The translations under genes and the position numbers were made by a program. The notes beneath the pieces were generated by a model, which was given only the letters and a program-made list of their open reading frames with translations, was not told where the DNA came from and did not search any database. From the NCBI GenBank assembly GCA_003693705.1, contig RBZT01000574.1, forward strand, positions 1 to 60,999: a DNA stretch of 60,999 nucleotides, in the 5' to 3' direction. The DNA comes from Polymyxa betae A26-41. Lineage: Eukaryota; Protista; Endomyxa: Phytomyxea. Positions 1-12,709 of this stretch are shown here, one piece after another; the first letter of the stretch is position 1; the number at the start of each line of letters is the position of its first letter.

Positions 1-152
1 TTCCCAGGCTTTTCCTCTGCCCACTAGTGGGGCGGCGGAGGTTTTTACTGCCGGGAACCGCGGTGTGAGCCCCCCGATCCGACCCCCTGCCAGGTAGCCC
101 CGCCTGGACAGGGCCGGCCTGTCTCCGACGGCCGTAGTTAAATAATAAATTA
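1..152 (+). mobile_element. Possible 3' end of a non-LTR retrotransposon (LINE/SINE-like)
   Basis: GC-rich, hairpin-prone tract (GGCCG...CGGCC) ending in TAGTTAAATAATAAAT, recalling 3' UTR/tails of Tad1/I-type LINEs; no coding part in the window. Confidence 0.35.
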
Positions 153-1878
153 TTTTATAAGCTCCTAACCCTAACAATGTGAAAGACTGGTATACTGACC
201 CCTGTACTATATCGGAAGATTTGCTGATAATATACTGATTTGCGTATACAGGTAGGATACGCTGTAGCGACGACGAGCGATTCCATCAGCTTTTGCAGGT
301 AAAAGACATAACGGGTCGTTAATGAGAAATATTCAAGCAAAACTAGCTCACAGTCTGACATAAAAATCAGTTTCAAACTGCGTACAAATCGAGGCCTGCA
401 GAATAGCGCATTCAGAGATTCCAAGCTTAATTCAGGAGCTATGACAGTTATGCCAATGATGGGCCTACGCAACAATCAAACCAGCAAGAGGCGGAGCCGA
501 ACGGTAGGTTGATACAACTAGTTGGTCCGTGGACCAATCTCTAAACTCCGTCTCATTAATTTCTGAAAAGATTGAAATGTAAAAGCACATTTTAGTATTC
601 AAATGACTGGTTTGCAGCGGTATGGCCTGGCTTTGGCGACAAGTTCGTGCTTGGCGACCCTCTGCGATCTCCAATCCTGAGCGCTCTCTCCGCGAAGAGC
701 TTCTTGGAAAACTGATCCATGAGGCCTTCATCTGACATTAGCAGCTCCCGGGTCTCGAGAGTCCCTTCTTATAAAGGATGTTGACTCCTTCTTCTACTAT
801 AGGTTGTCGAAGCGGAGGTAGTGAGCTGTACTTTGGCGATAAATCTGCCACGCACGACTTCATTCGCTATTGGATTAGGAAGAGAGATTGAAAGTTTCAC
901 AATGATGAAAGCCATCGATTGTTACAGCAGAATTAGAGTCCAGTCGCTCCCTTATTCGATGGGAGCAGGCTATCCTCTTTGTCGCTGTGTAAATGCCCTG
1001 AACATTGCTCGTCGCTCGTAGATAAATGTCGTGCTGTTTCGAATTCTTTGAACGCTGTTCGTAAGTTTGCTTTTCTGCAGTCGCGCACTTTTGAATCATA
1101 GTTCTTTTCACAATCGCGCTTTATCTGAGCGAACGTCTGAATCGAAGAGTGATGTGTCAAGATGACGGTTCGGGTTTGACTGCAGGCGTCTATGGCGACA
1201 TTGAAGACGTAAATACAAAAGGATTGTTTGATATAGACTCGTTGGAAGTTGTACTGTTATTGATGAGGTCATACAAAAAATGTGAGTGAATGTAACATTA
1301 CAATAATCGTCTTAAAAGAGGCCTGATATGTACAAATATTCATCTTAGGGAATTGTAACAGATCTCCGAATCCAACACAAGTTACCTGAATGGAAGTGAT
1401 CTGTTTGTAGCATTTATGTAGAGTCCCACCAGATGAACAGATTTCAGAGAATAATGAACATGATAGATGCGCGATACATTCTTGTGAAGGTGATATTTCA
1501 CGGTCTCTGCAAATTCCTAACATGGCGAACCCTGACCCTAACAGGTTTCTTGATTTCTTAGTAGAATGTGATTCAATGCCAGTTTGTATGAGAACAAAAA
1601 TGCGATTTTGTGTCTAAGACCAGCACGAATGACTGGCAATCAGGTAATACTGGAATCACATCGAGACCATCAACGTGATTCCTCCATAATCAGCCAATCT
1701 GATAGCGGAAAGAACTATTTATTGCAAATTGACGTTCATGGAGTTTTGATGGCGGTTTTGGTTGTTATCTGAGACGATTATCAAACTTAAGCAGGCTGTA
1801 CTATGCTTGTGTAACGATTTCTAAAGCGAACAAGAAACAGAGCTAGGGTTTAGGGTTTGTGATAAACAATATGATTTA

Positions 1879-4584
1879 TTAAACGCGGGTCTTCTGTAGG
1901 ACATAATCGACAACGAACGTCTTTCGGAGAAGTTTATCGACGCGTTCATAATGCCTCTGCGAGTACGACAGCAGCGCATCGACAAGAACGTTCGCATTGC
2001 GCAGGCCGCGCCACCGCTCCGCATCGCACCTTTCCAAAATCGTCTTCAACAGAATCTGCGCGACGGGGGCGCGGCGTCCCGCCGTGTTCCATTCCTGCAG
2101 CCATCCGAGGACGCGATTCAGCCTCTCATCATCATCGACAAAGTCCGTGACGATCTTCTCGAAGTCCGAGCGGTCTTCGACGGACTCCAGAACCGAAAAG
2201 AGACGCCGCGGGTTTTCGAGTTCGATGGCGATCGCCGCGGCCGCAACCGGATCGCGGCGCCGTACTGCATCACGGAGTTTCTGTTCGCTCTGGACGCGTT
2301 GTTGGTCTTGTTCACGCGCGGCCTCGGCGTCGTCGGCGGTCGTGTCGCGCCAGACACGGATCAGCGAGTCCGCCGCGCCGGTTACCAGCTGCGTGCCGTC
2401 TGGGGAGACGTCCAGGGCCCAGATCCGGTCGTCATGCTGGTCCTCGAACGTGGCCACGCACTCGTTCGTGGGAATGGTCCAGAGCTTTACCAAGGCATCC
2501 GCACCGGATGTTAACTACACAGGGTTGGGTTGCGGTTAGTTTTTAGGAATAAAACTTTTTTTTTTGAAAAAAAAAAATAAAAAAGTGATAAACATTGAGA
2601 AAGAACTTTATAAAAAAATGAATTGAAAAAATTGCCCAAGATGTGAAGCCGATAAAAATGAAAAAAAAAAGTTTTTGATTAGTTGGACTTACGATCTGCA
2701 TACCATGCGGTAAGAAAGCGACCCGCAATACGGATGACGTATGACCCTCGAAAGTGCGCAAGCAGCTGAAATCCGACAGCGACCACAGACGCACAGTGCG
2801 ATCGGCACCAGCCGAGGCCAACACGCGGTCCGTGGGCGAAAACGCCACCGACCAGACACTGCGGCGGTGTCCGCGCAACGTCGCCACCGCCTCCAGGTCC
2901 GTACTGGTCCAGAGCTTCACGCTGCGATCCAGCGACGCCGTCGCAATCCACTTATCGTTCGGCGACACCGCCACGGCGTTGATGTCGGCGTCGTGAGCCA
3001 GTACGGTGCGGGGGGCGACGTGATGGAGGTCGCGCCCGTCCCACGTCCAACGTTTCAGAGTGCGATCGGCGGAGGCTGAACAGACGAACGTGGATGACTT
3101 GACGGGCCATGCGCACGCCGTCACGGACGCCGTGTGTCCCTCCGCGACGGTCATGCAGGCCCGCGTCTGTAAGTCCCAGATACGGAGAGTGTTGTCTTTG
3201 GATGCCGAAGCCAGGTAAAGGCCGCACGGACTGACGGCCAACGCCACCACGATGTCCCTATGTCCGGCGAGTAACGTGGCGTCAAAGGTGGTGACGTCCA
3301 TGACGCGGATCAGTTCGGAGTTGGTGGCGATCGCGACACGGCGTCCGTCACGCAGGAATCGCGCATCGAAGATGTCGTCGTTATACCCGATGATGCAACG
3401 TTGCACTTCGCCCGTTGCTAATGTTACCAGGTGGAAGTTGTGGTCCGCACAGGTGACGATGAAGTCCGTGGCGCTGACGATCAGGTTGGTGATCGGCGCG
3501 GGTAATGCTGGCCCCGTGTGCAGGCAGCGCAGATGCGGCAGAGACCAGAAGCGCGGTGTGCGATTCGCACCGACTGACATGAAGATGCGGGCGGCGTCCG
3601 TGGGCGGCGTGAAGGGTAACGTGGCCGAGTCTGGAACCCAGTCCATGGCCTCGATCTCTTCCATCACTGGTAATGTCTGTTTCGTGACACCGGATGCGAT
3701 TCCGGTCACATTGAGAATCTGCAGAACATTCTCAGTATGAGAAATCCTAATGAATCCAAATACGAATTGTAAAATTGTGGAAAAATAAAATTTAGGAATT
3801 GAACAAATAAAGATAAAAAAGCGTCAGTGAGGCTACCCTAAACCCTAGACCCAAAACATCGATTGGAACATGGGATAAAGTATTCACAAAAGTAGAAATA
3901 GTTTCCTGGAAATGGTAACGTAAAAACTGTGACAGGTTATTACGTTACCTGGTCACGTCCAGCGGAGAAGAGAAGGTCGCGCTCGGCATCGATCAGTAAC
4001 GCCGTCACATGGGACGTATGCGCGGTCATCTGGGCGCATTGCTGCGTGCGCAGATCATACGCGATCACGGATCCGTCACGGGCTCCGGACACGAGCAGTA
4101 ACGCCGACGAGTCCGGATGAAACATCGCCGTCGTTACCATATCGCCGTGTTCATGATGAACATGCGTAGTGAACCCCTTCTCAGCGTTCCAAACCCGGAC
4201 GGCGCGGTCCACGCCGCCCGTCACGATCAACGTCCCGCTGGGGCTGTACGACACGCACGTCACCGGCAGCCGAGCGCCCTTCCACTCGCGCAGCCTCTGT
4301 CCCGTTTCCAGACACCAGACGCGCATCATCCCGCTGCGCTGGACCGTGACGCATTCGGCCCGGGACGGATGACAGTCGTGGGCCAGTACGGCGTCGTGCG
4401 GGTCGCCGATCGTGTGTAACGTTACGCCGGTATCGAGATCGACGACTTTGATGGACTCCGAGCACCAGGAGGCGATGACGCGACGGGTCGTGCCGGCCCC
4501 GGGGCGGATGCGGCCCCCCGTATGTGTGTCGGAGTGGGTGCGCTGGACGCGCCACGTCTTGGAGAGCGTCAGCGACGTGGTCAT
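1879..4584 (-). CDS. UTP13: U3 snoRNP WD40 protein Utp13/TBL3 (3 exons: 4584-3949, 3718-2693, 2514-1879)
   Basis: Many WD40 repeats (GHRDIV...LASASKDNTLRIWD; AHDADINAVAVSPNDKWIATASLDRSVKLW); C-terminal Utp13 domain (LLSYSQRHYERVDKLLRKTFVVDYVL); GT-AG introns restore frame. Confidence 0.9.
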
Positions 4585-4908
4585 GGCTCGGATGACGACG
4601 AAGAGGGAGCTCAGAAAATGTGAGAGAGAAATTGATCGGAGTGCGCCACGGACTTTTGGCAAGAAAGTTTTCAGAAATCAATCTGTAAAATTCGCACAAA
4701 ATCCGCAAAACTTTCGCAGACTTTTGACAAAATCGCAAAAATATTCCGAAAAAATTTTCCGCAAAAAATTCAAAATTTACAAAAAAAATTGTCTCTAATT
4801 CGAAGGTTGTTGCGTACCCTGAAGTTCGATCCTGAACTGACCCTGTCTCGCTGTTTGGCTTGTTGTCGTGCTGGTCCTTTCGCCCGCTCCTGTGATTAAG
4901 CGGGATCG

Positions 4909-7900
4909 ATGGAGGCGGCGCGAGCCGTAGCAGCCCGCGCCATCCAGAAGGCGAACGATTCGGATCGCGAAACGCCGTCCCGGCTGATCTTCGAGGCGGT
5001 CAGCAAAGGCGACCTGCAGCGCGTCCGCGAACTCGTCGTCAAGTTCGCCAATGCCAACTACCAGGAGGTAACGTGATCTGTAACGGAACGAAGCGGGCGT
5101 TAAAGTTTCCCAGCGCCATCGGCTGACGTTGCGGACCCCGATTCATCAGGCCGCGGAGCTCGGGTATCTGGACATCTGTCGGATTCTGTGCGAGGAGGCG
5201 CAGGCCAGTATTACCGTCGCCGATAAGGACGGCAACACGCCCTTTCACCTGGCCTGTGCCCGCGGACATTTCGACATCGTCAAATACTTCCAGCAGCGAT
5301 ACGATCCCGATCCCAATCAGCGCAACGCGGTACGTGAACCCAGCTCGCTACCAGGGGCGTACTGGACCCCTGCTGCCTTTCGTCTAACTGCTTCCCATTA
5401 CTTGATTATCGACATTTGCAACGTTGCATTTCGCATTAATTTTCGGTGTTGGGAATGTCTTACAAATGAGAGTAGTAAAAATGTTTTCAAAAATCAAAAA
5501 TTCATGAAAAGTTTCTACTCTTTCAAGTTTGTGTATCGCAACATTTCAATTTTAAGCGATCTTGCGCAATTTTTTCCAGTCTCTTTAAAAGTTATCTAAA
5601 AATCGTTTTTTGGAATCTGTTTTACAAGTCGAATTTTTCACGAAGTTCAAACCTTTAATTTTGTATTTTTCTTCTCTGTCGTTCTCGCATTTCTTTGTTT
5701 GTTCGATGTTAATGGAGGACGAGCAATGATCGACTCCGAACTTCAAGCCAGCAGAGTATTGATTACGTTTCGGTAGAGCAGTTACACAGCGTGGCATCTG
5801 GCGGCATTCAATGGGCATCTGGACGTGATCCAGTTCCTGGACGAGGACGCCGGTGTGGATCCGCACTCCGAGGATCAGTTCTGGAACACAGCCGCGCATC
5901 ACGCCGCCTCGCACGGACATCTCAACGTGTTACGTTACCTGTGCGATGTGGCCAAACTCAACCCGGCGTCCGTGAATCGATGGAAACGGACCCCGTTACA
6001 TCAGGCCTGTGCGCAGGGTCATACGATCATCGCACGTTACCTGATCAAACACTGTAACGTGGACGCCAACCAACAGTCGCTGGACGGCTGTACACCGTTA
6101 CATCTGGCGGTCAGTAACGGGCACCTGGACGTGACCGAGTTTCTGGTCGAATCGATTGGGGTTCGAGGGTTTAGGGTTCTAGGGTTTAGGGTTGACAGTC
6201 GCTCCAGGTCCATTGCGGTCTGCGGAACGTGAACGGCGACACGCCAATGCATTGCGCCGCCTTCTCCGGTCAGGCCGATATATGCCGCTACCTGTTCACC
6301 ACGGCCCGATGCGATGTGAACGCCAGGTCCGTGACAGTTCCGCGGGTCCGGGGTCGTACTGAACCTCGTATCAGGAACAAGAACGGCGATACGCCGACGA
6401 TCGTAGCGGCCATCTGGAACCAGCAGGACGTGTTACGTTTCCTGGTTGAGGAGGCCCATGCGGACGCCTGCCTCCGTAACGAAGTCCGTGCCACTGTGCC
6501 TGCGACGCCGTACTGGACCCCTGACTGCCACGTTTCTTGCGCAGATGGGTTTCACGGCCATGCACATGGCCGCTCGCGAATGGAACCAGGACGTTTGCGA
6601 GTACATCTGCAAGGTGGCGCCGGAGTGTGCCCGCATCCGCGACAATGTCGGTGGGCCGTCGTACTGGCTCTTGGGCGGTTTACTAAATGTTCTTGTGTGC
6701 GCACAGAAAGGACTGACGCCGCTGATGGTGGTGTTGAACAAATGGGGGCAGTCGAAGGTCAATCGGATGTTCTTGCATAAGGTGGGGTGGTGGGGTCTGT
6801 GTAGGACGACCCCACGGGGTATTTGGCGGTGATTGAGCGGTGTTTGTAGGAGGGGTATTCGCCATTTCACGTGTCGTGTGAGAAGGGGTTCGAGGATATG
6901 GTCCGATATCTGTTGATCTGCGCCAAGGACTACACGGACTTGATCCATACACCCGGCGCTGTATGTGGCCTCCGAGACCTTTTGCCGTCATTTCTTATTT
7001 TTGTTGAAATTGTTTGAACCGTTTCAGTATCTCAATAACGTTTCTTGCAATTTTTCGTAACTCGAAGTTGAGAGACTCTTAATAGGCGATAAAAACTGAT
7101 TTTCTTGAACTTTTTTTCATCATGTTTTCTCATGATTTTCATCATTCTTGGACTCTCTTTCATTTTACAACAATTCGCGGCAAATTCCATCAATTTCCAT
7201 CGATTTTCATCCGGAGCCTGTGGTTTACGTTTCTGAACCTTTGACTGACGATGGCGTTTCGTGTAGAACGGCGATACACCGCTGATCGCTTGTGTGGAGC
7301 ACAACCATATTCGCCTGATCGAGCTCCTGCTTCAGAAAGGCGCCGATGTCAATTTCCGCTCCGCGAACGGTAACACGCCGCTGCTGACCGCGATCCGGAC
7401 CCAGAATATGACGCTGGCTCGAATGCTGATCGCTAACGATGCCAAAGTCAATTATCCCACTGATGGAGATCATACACCGCTAACGTTAGCATGCTCGATC
7501 GGTAACATGGACTTCGTCAATATGTTACTCAAACAAGGCGCCGAACTCGAACTGCGCACCGCCGTACTATCATTCAGTTCTCAGATTCGCGACTTCCTTC
7601 AACTTGTTTTCATCTTTGACAACTTTTTCTATTATTTCACAACACTATTTTTTCGAAACTTTTTTCTCGCTTAAATTAATTGTTTATTGAGACACCTCTT
7701 ATTGTTCCAACTTTTCCATTCGTAATATTTATACTTGTCCCTAATGTAACATTGTTATCGTTTATATTGAAGCTTGCCGATTTTGCCAAACAGTTTGCAG
7801 TTTTCGTTAATTCTTCGGGGTTAAGGGTTAGGGTTTTCATATTGATTGTTGTGGTAGAATGGCGAGACTCCGCTGGTTATGGCCTGTAAAATGTGTAACA

Positions 7901-10900
7901 TGAACCTGATCCGGAAGCTGCTCGAATTCGGGTCGCAGATCAATTACCCGTCCGATGTGAGTGCGCGGAGCTAGTGCGTGGCGGACTCGATCGATCTCAC
8001 GTCCCCTTTTAGGCGAAGTACACGCCCCTGATCGCCGCCTGTATGTTCGGTGAAGTCGACATGGTCTCGTTACTGCTCTCGAAAGGCGCCATCATCGACA
8101 TGCCTAACGTCGTACGTTCCCCTTTTTGATTTCTTTAAGAAAACACTGAAAGAAAATTCTGCTTTTGAAAAAAATATGTTTTTTTATCGATTTTTTTTTT
8201 TAATTGTTTATCAATTCTGTAAAAAAAAGTTTACCGAGATCAAGTTTCGGTTCGAGAAAGGATGTTTTGTAGAAGCTGCGAGCCGCGCTTACGTTACTGA
8301 TTCATGTTACGTGACAGAAACGTGGCACGCCGTTGGCGGCGGCCTCGAAACGTGGTCAGGCCGATATCGTGGAGCTGCTGCTGGAGCATATGATGGCCCG
8401 GAACTTACCCGTCGATGTGAGCGGAGTCTCGGGGGCCACCGCCGTCCATAAAGCCGCCGCTCACGGCCACGTCCCCGTGGTCCAGTACGTTTCCGCAAGC
8501 CCGAATGTGACCGACGCGACTGATAACGTTTCGCCAGGTTGCTGGTGGATCAGGGCGCCTCCATCTACCTGGCCGACGTACGCGGCGATACGGCCGTCGT
8601 GGAGGCCGCACGACGGCATCATGCCGACGTCCTGCGATTCCTCGTTGAACAGGGCGCCGATGTCGACTACGCCGGTCACGATGGTCATACCGCACGGTAT
8701 CGAAGCACGTTTCAGCACAACAGTTTTGTTACATTTTTACGTTACGCTTTCATCACACTGATCACAGTGCATTTACGATTCAGTGCTCATTGTGACATTT
8801 ATGTTGCAATGTTCACCTCTGTCTTTACGTTACATTGTTCACGTTGCATTTGCGTTACAATAGCTACGTTACGTTTATGTTTCACTTCACGTTGCATTGC
8901 TATGTTACGCTTGGCAATTACGATTTACTGCTCATATGTTACATTTATGCTGCCACCGTTGTCCTTACGTTACAATACTCACGTTGCATTTGCGTTAAAA
9001 TATGAACGCTACGTTTATGTTTTCACTTCGCGTTGCATTGTTATGTTAAGCTTGGCATTATTCCGCTCGGAATTGACGTGATCAACAGGCAATTCGCTCA
9101 AGGAGACGAGATGCTGGCGACGGCGTTGCGGACCGGTATGCAGATGTTCGAGGCGACGGTGCGCGGCCCGATCCTGGGCCTGGAGCGGTACGGCCACGTG
9201 AACGACCCCGAGCCGGTCCAGGACGGGTTCTACTTCGGGTCGGAGTCGATGCCAGTGCATGATGGAGGAGGAGGCCGCGTTCGATGGGGTCACCTGCTCG
9301 ACCCACGACTTTACCCGATCGGGACACTGGACGGCGTCGTGGTTGCGCTCGATTCGCGCAGAGATCGCCGCTTGAAGTACGCTCCGCTCACAAGCAATCC
9401 GCCACGGAATCCGCTGAATCGCGAACGCACAGGACCGCTACGGATCGCGCACTGGCGCTGCTGCAGATGTTTCCGGATGGACGTTCGCGCATTTCGGCCT
9501 TGGCCATGATCGTCTGTAACGAATGCGGTGGGTCGGCGATCGGCGACAAGGTCGTGCTGGCCCAGCGCGCGCTGGGCCGAGTCCGTGAGCAATGCGGCTC
9601 CGACATCGTGGCGATTGGAGAGTTACTGCCTGGGATCAGTATGGACCGGACGCGGGCTGTGTTCTTCAAATACCTGTTCGGAAAGGTGCTTGGGTTTTAG
9701 GGTTTAGGGTTTCCTCCACTGACTGCTGTGTAGATGTCGGAGCTGTCGATCCACTGCCGGGTTGTGTCGCGCCCCAGTTCGGGGTCCGGGTGGGATCAAA
9801 GGGCCACCCCATGGCCCCGATCCTTCACCTGGGTCGAGGTCGCCTTCGACCGTGCTGGCCCGTACTACATCGTCGATCAGATGTCGGCCCCGGGCGCCCT
9901 TCTTCTTGAGACCGGCCCCGAAGCAGCTCGGTATCGCTCCGGCGACGTTTATCATGGTGTCTCAACGACATTGACGACGACGACGACGCCCATCGAGAAG
10001 GTTTCAAATTTGAGTCTGCGATCCGCTCAGGTTCGTTAACGGACCAGTACGGCTCAGGTATCGGCTCGTGAGGAAATTGCGCGCGTGGTTCGGCGCGAAT
10101 CCGTAACGCAATCGGCGCAGAAGAAGCGGCATCATCATGGGAAGAGAGTGCGGAAGCGTCGTGGCGGCTCGACCTCTTCGCAGAAATCCGACGACACCGA
10201 TGTCGAAGGTCAATCGCCGCCGACCACGACCGCGCAACTGCCGGATGTCGCTGAAGGCGGCACCGAGATGCAGCCGATCGCCGCCCGCGCTAATAACAGC
10301 ACCGGTACCGGTTACCGCTCTTTCAAATGAAATTTACGTTTCAGTTCACGATTCTTTTCCATTTACGTTTCGTCCGAGTCACATTTTGACGTTACATTAA
10401 CACTACGATCGCGCTGGATTTACGTTACCGCTGACCTTGTATTACGTTACCGTTGGCGTTACATTACGTTACCGTGCGACTGGTGGGCGACTGATTCGCT
10501 TGTTTCAGATGATGAGAAGCCGGATGGGGACGACGCCGAGTCGGTTGTTGCGGCAATGATGACGCCGGCCATGGCTCAGGAGCGTGAAGCCGAGGAGGAC
10601 GCGCTGGCTACCAATGGTCGTGTGCCGTGGGAAGGGATCTGGCGACACCGCGCCGTCATCGTCGTGCGGTTCCCCGTCCCGGCCTTCTTCAATGACGATC
10701 AACGAGATCAAGCCCGGATACGTTTCGACCAAGATATTCAGGTTGGATGTTTCCAACTGGCCGAAAACGTTACCGTTTTAACATGAGGGCCGTGGCTTTC
10801 TGAAATTTTAGAAAAGTTCGGTGTTTTTTTTTGTTCTTGGAAGTGTCCGTGCCAATTGTCAGCTCCGTGATGATTGCTGCTGGCCCTCTAAACCCCTAAC

Positions 10901-11632
10901 AGATCTACGAATCTCTTCGTCATCGTTGTATCGAGCGGCCCGTGGGAGTCGATTTCGCGACTCGATCGCTGATCTGGACGTCACCGACCCACTCTTTCAT
11001 CAGACTGGATGAATACATTCGCGACCATGACCTCGGTACGACCAAGCCCTAAAAACCCTAAAACCCTAACCCCTTCCCATCCAGATGCGGCCGTACGCCT
11101 GTCGCTGGCCCTGCAGCTGGCCGAAACCCTGGAATATCTGCATACACGGCCCGAGCCGGTCATCCACGGACGCCTCCGCCTTAAGCAGGTCTACGTGGAC
11201 GACGCCGACGGACACGCGGCGCCGGTCGTACGCCTCCTGGACGTCGGCCTGCCACGGCGTCTCGAACCGCTCCTCAAGCAGAACCCGTTCGACGGCGCCG
11301 CCGTCTACTACGCGCCAGAACGGCTGCAGCTGGCGCAGCCCGAGGGCGAGTACGGCCTGGAGACGACGGCCGGCGACGTCTACGCATTCGGGGTGATCGC
11401 CGTGTTCATGGTCACGGGCGAGCTGCCCTGGAGCGACTTCCAGACCGACGATATCCGACAGTTTCATGCGCAGGGGAAGCGGCCGGGCCTGTACGACGGC
11501 GCCGATCTCGGGCGGTGTTCGGCATGGCGCCCCGTGCTGGAGCAGATTCTGACGCCGAACCCCGAACAGAGGCCGACCTTCACGCAGGTCATTCGCTTGT
11601 ATCAGCAGCTGGTGCCAAACCCTAAACCCTAA
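4909..11632 (+). CDS. Multi-exon (~20 exons) ankyrin-repeat + EDR1/CTR1-type domain + TKL-like pseudokinase protein
   Basis: Repeated GxTPLHxA ankyrin motifs 4.9-8.7 kb; EDR1-like motifs DGFYF, AIGELLPG, RTRAVFFKYL, CRVV, YIVDQMSAPGAL 9.2-9.96 kb; kinase-like LRHRCI, LEYLH, YYAPE, GDVYAFGV, TGELPW, RPTF 10.6-11.6 kb; all joinable in frame with GT-AG introns. Confidence 0.75.
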
Positions 11633-11713
11633 GCAAGGCCACGCTTGGTGTGAATATCAACCAATTATATCATCTAATCTATAAACAACGTTGTTTGTCG
11701 GGTTGGACCGATT

Positions 11714-12689
11714 CTAGTACGGCGCTGGGCGGACGAAGGGGATTCCGGTACGCCGGACCCGGGTCCGATATCGTTCATATCCATCACCGAAGAACCGGAC
11801 CAGGAGATGCTCCTCATAAACGACGCGCTGCGCGAAATACTTCCACAGACACACAACGAACGCCGCCGCGCAGATCGGGTTCGCCAGCAGGATCTGAGCG
11901 CCAACCGCCCATAGAAAGAACCCGAGATACGACGGATGCCGAACCAACCTTTACACAACAACAGTTCAATGCGAGCGGGCGGGCGAGTACGACACCGCGA
12001 CTACGTACGCGTAGACGCCACTCGTGACGAGGACGTGTTTGTCGTCCTTGACGGTGGCGATGACGTGCGTGAAATTACGGCCGGCTTCCCACATGGCCAG
12101 CGTTCGGAACGCCTGCCCGACCAGGCAGACGCCGAGACCCGCGAGGGCCAGTACGCCCCGGATCGGGGCGCGGCGCCACGGCACCTCGACCAGGCAGGTC
12201 TCGATCAGGAATTCGACGACCGCACAGATATGGGCCAGCAGATATTCCCGACTATGATTTAGCAGGCTGGCTGCAAAGAAGTCAGAAGAAAAAAGATTTT
12301 TTTTCCAAAAAAGTTAAATGAAAAAGGTTTCGAAAAATGCAAATTTGGCAAGAAAAATGAAAAAAGAATCAAGACGTTTTAAGACAACAAGGCGTTGATA
12401 ACAGAAGCAAAACGCCATAAAAAACCCTAAATAACAACCCTAACGACATACAATCGAAGCTGAGCGAGTTCGGATGGAACACAGCGGTCATGGCGAACTC
12501 CAGCGTATGGAAGGCGGCCAGCACGACGCCGAACCCGAACAGCGGCCGGAGAGCGGGGCCGCCGACGCCGCCCACCAGCAGGCCCAGGCTCAGGCCGAGC
12601 CCGGCGCCGATCACCCAGCCGGCCATGGCCAGGTCGCGGGGCTCGGTCGACCCGTCCAGGCGGTCCAGCACGGCCCGCAGCCTCGCCAT
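11714..12689 (-). CDS. ICMT: Protein-S-isoprenylcysteine O-methyltransferase (3 exons)
   Basis: FHTLEF, LLNHSREY, AMWEAGRNFTHVI, LVTSGVY, RHPSYLGFFLW, EEHLLVRFFG motifs typical of STE14/ICMT. Confidence 0.92.
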
Positions 12690-12709
12690 GACGCAGTGCG
12701 CCAGGCGCG

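Noticed and set aside
155-1800. Short ORFs before UTP13
   Set aside because: No recognisable motifs or consistent exon chain
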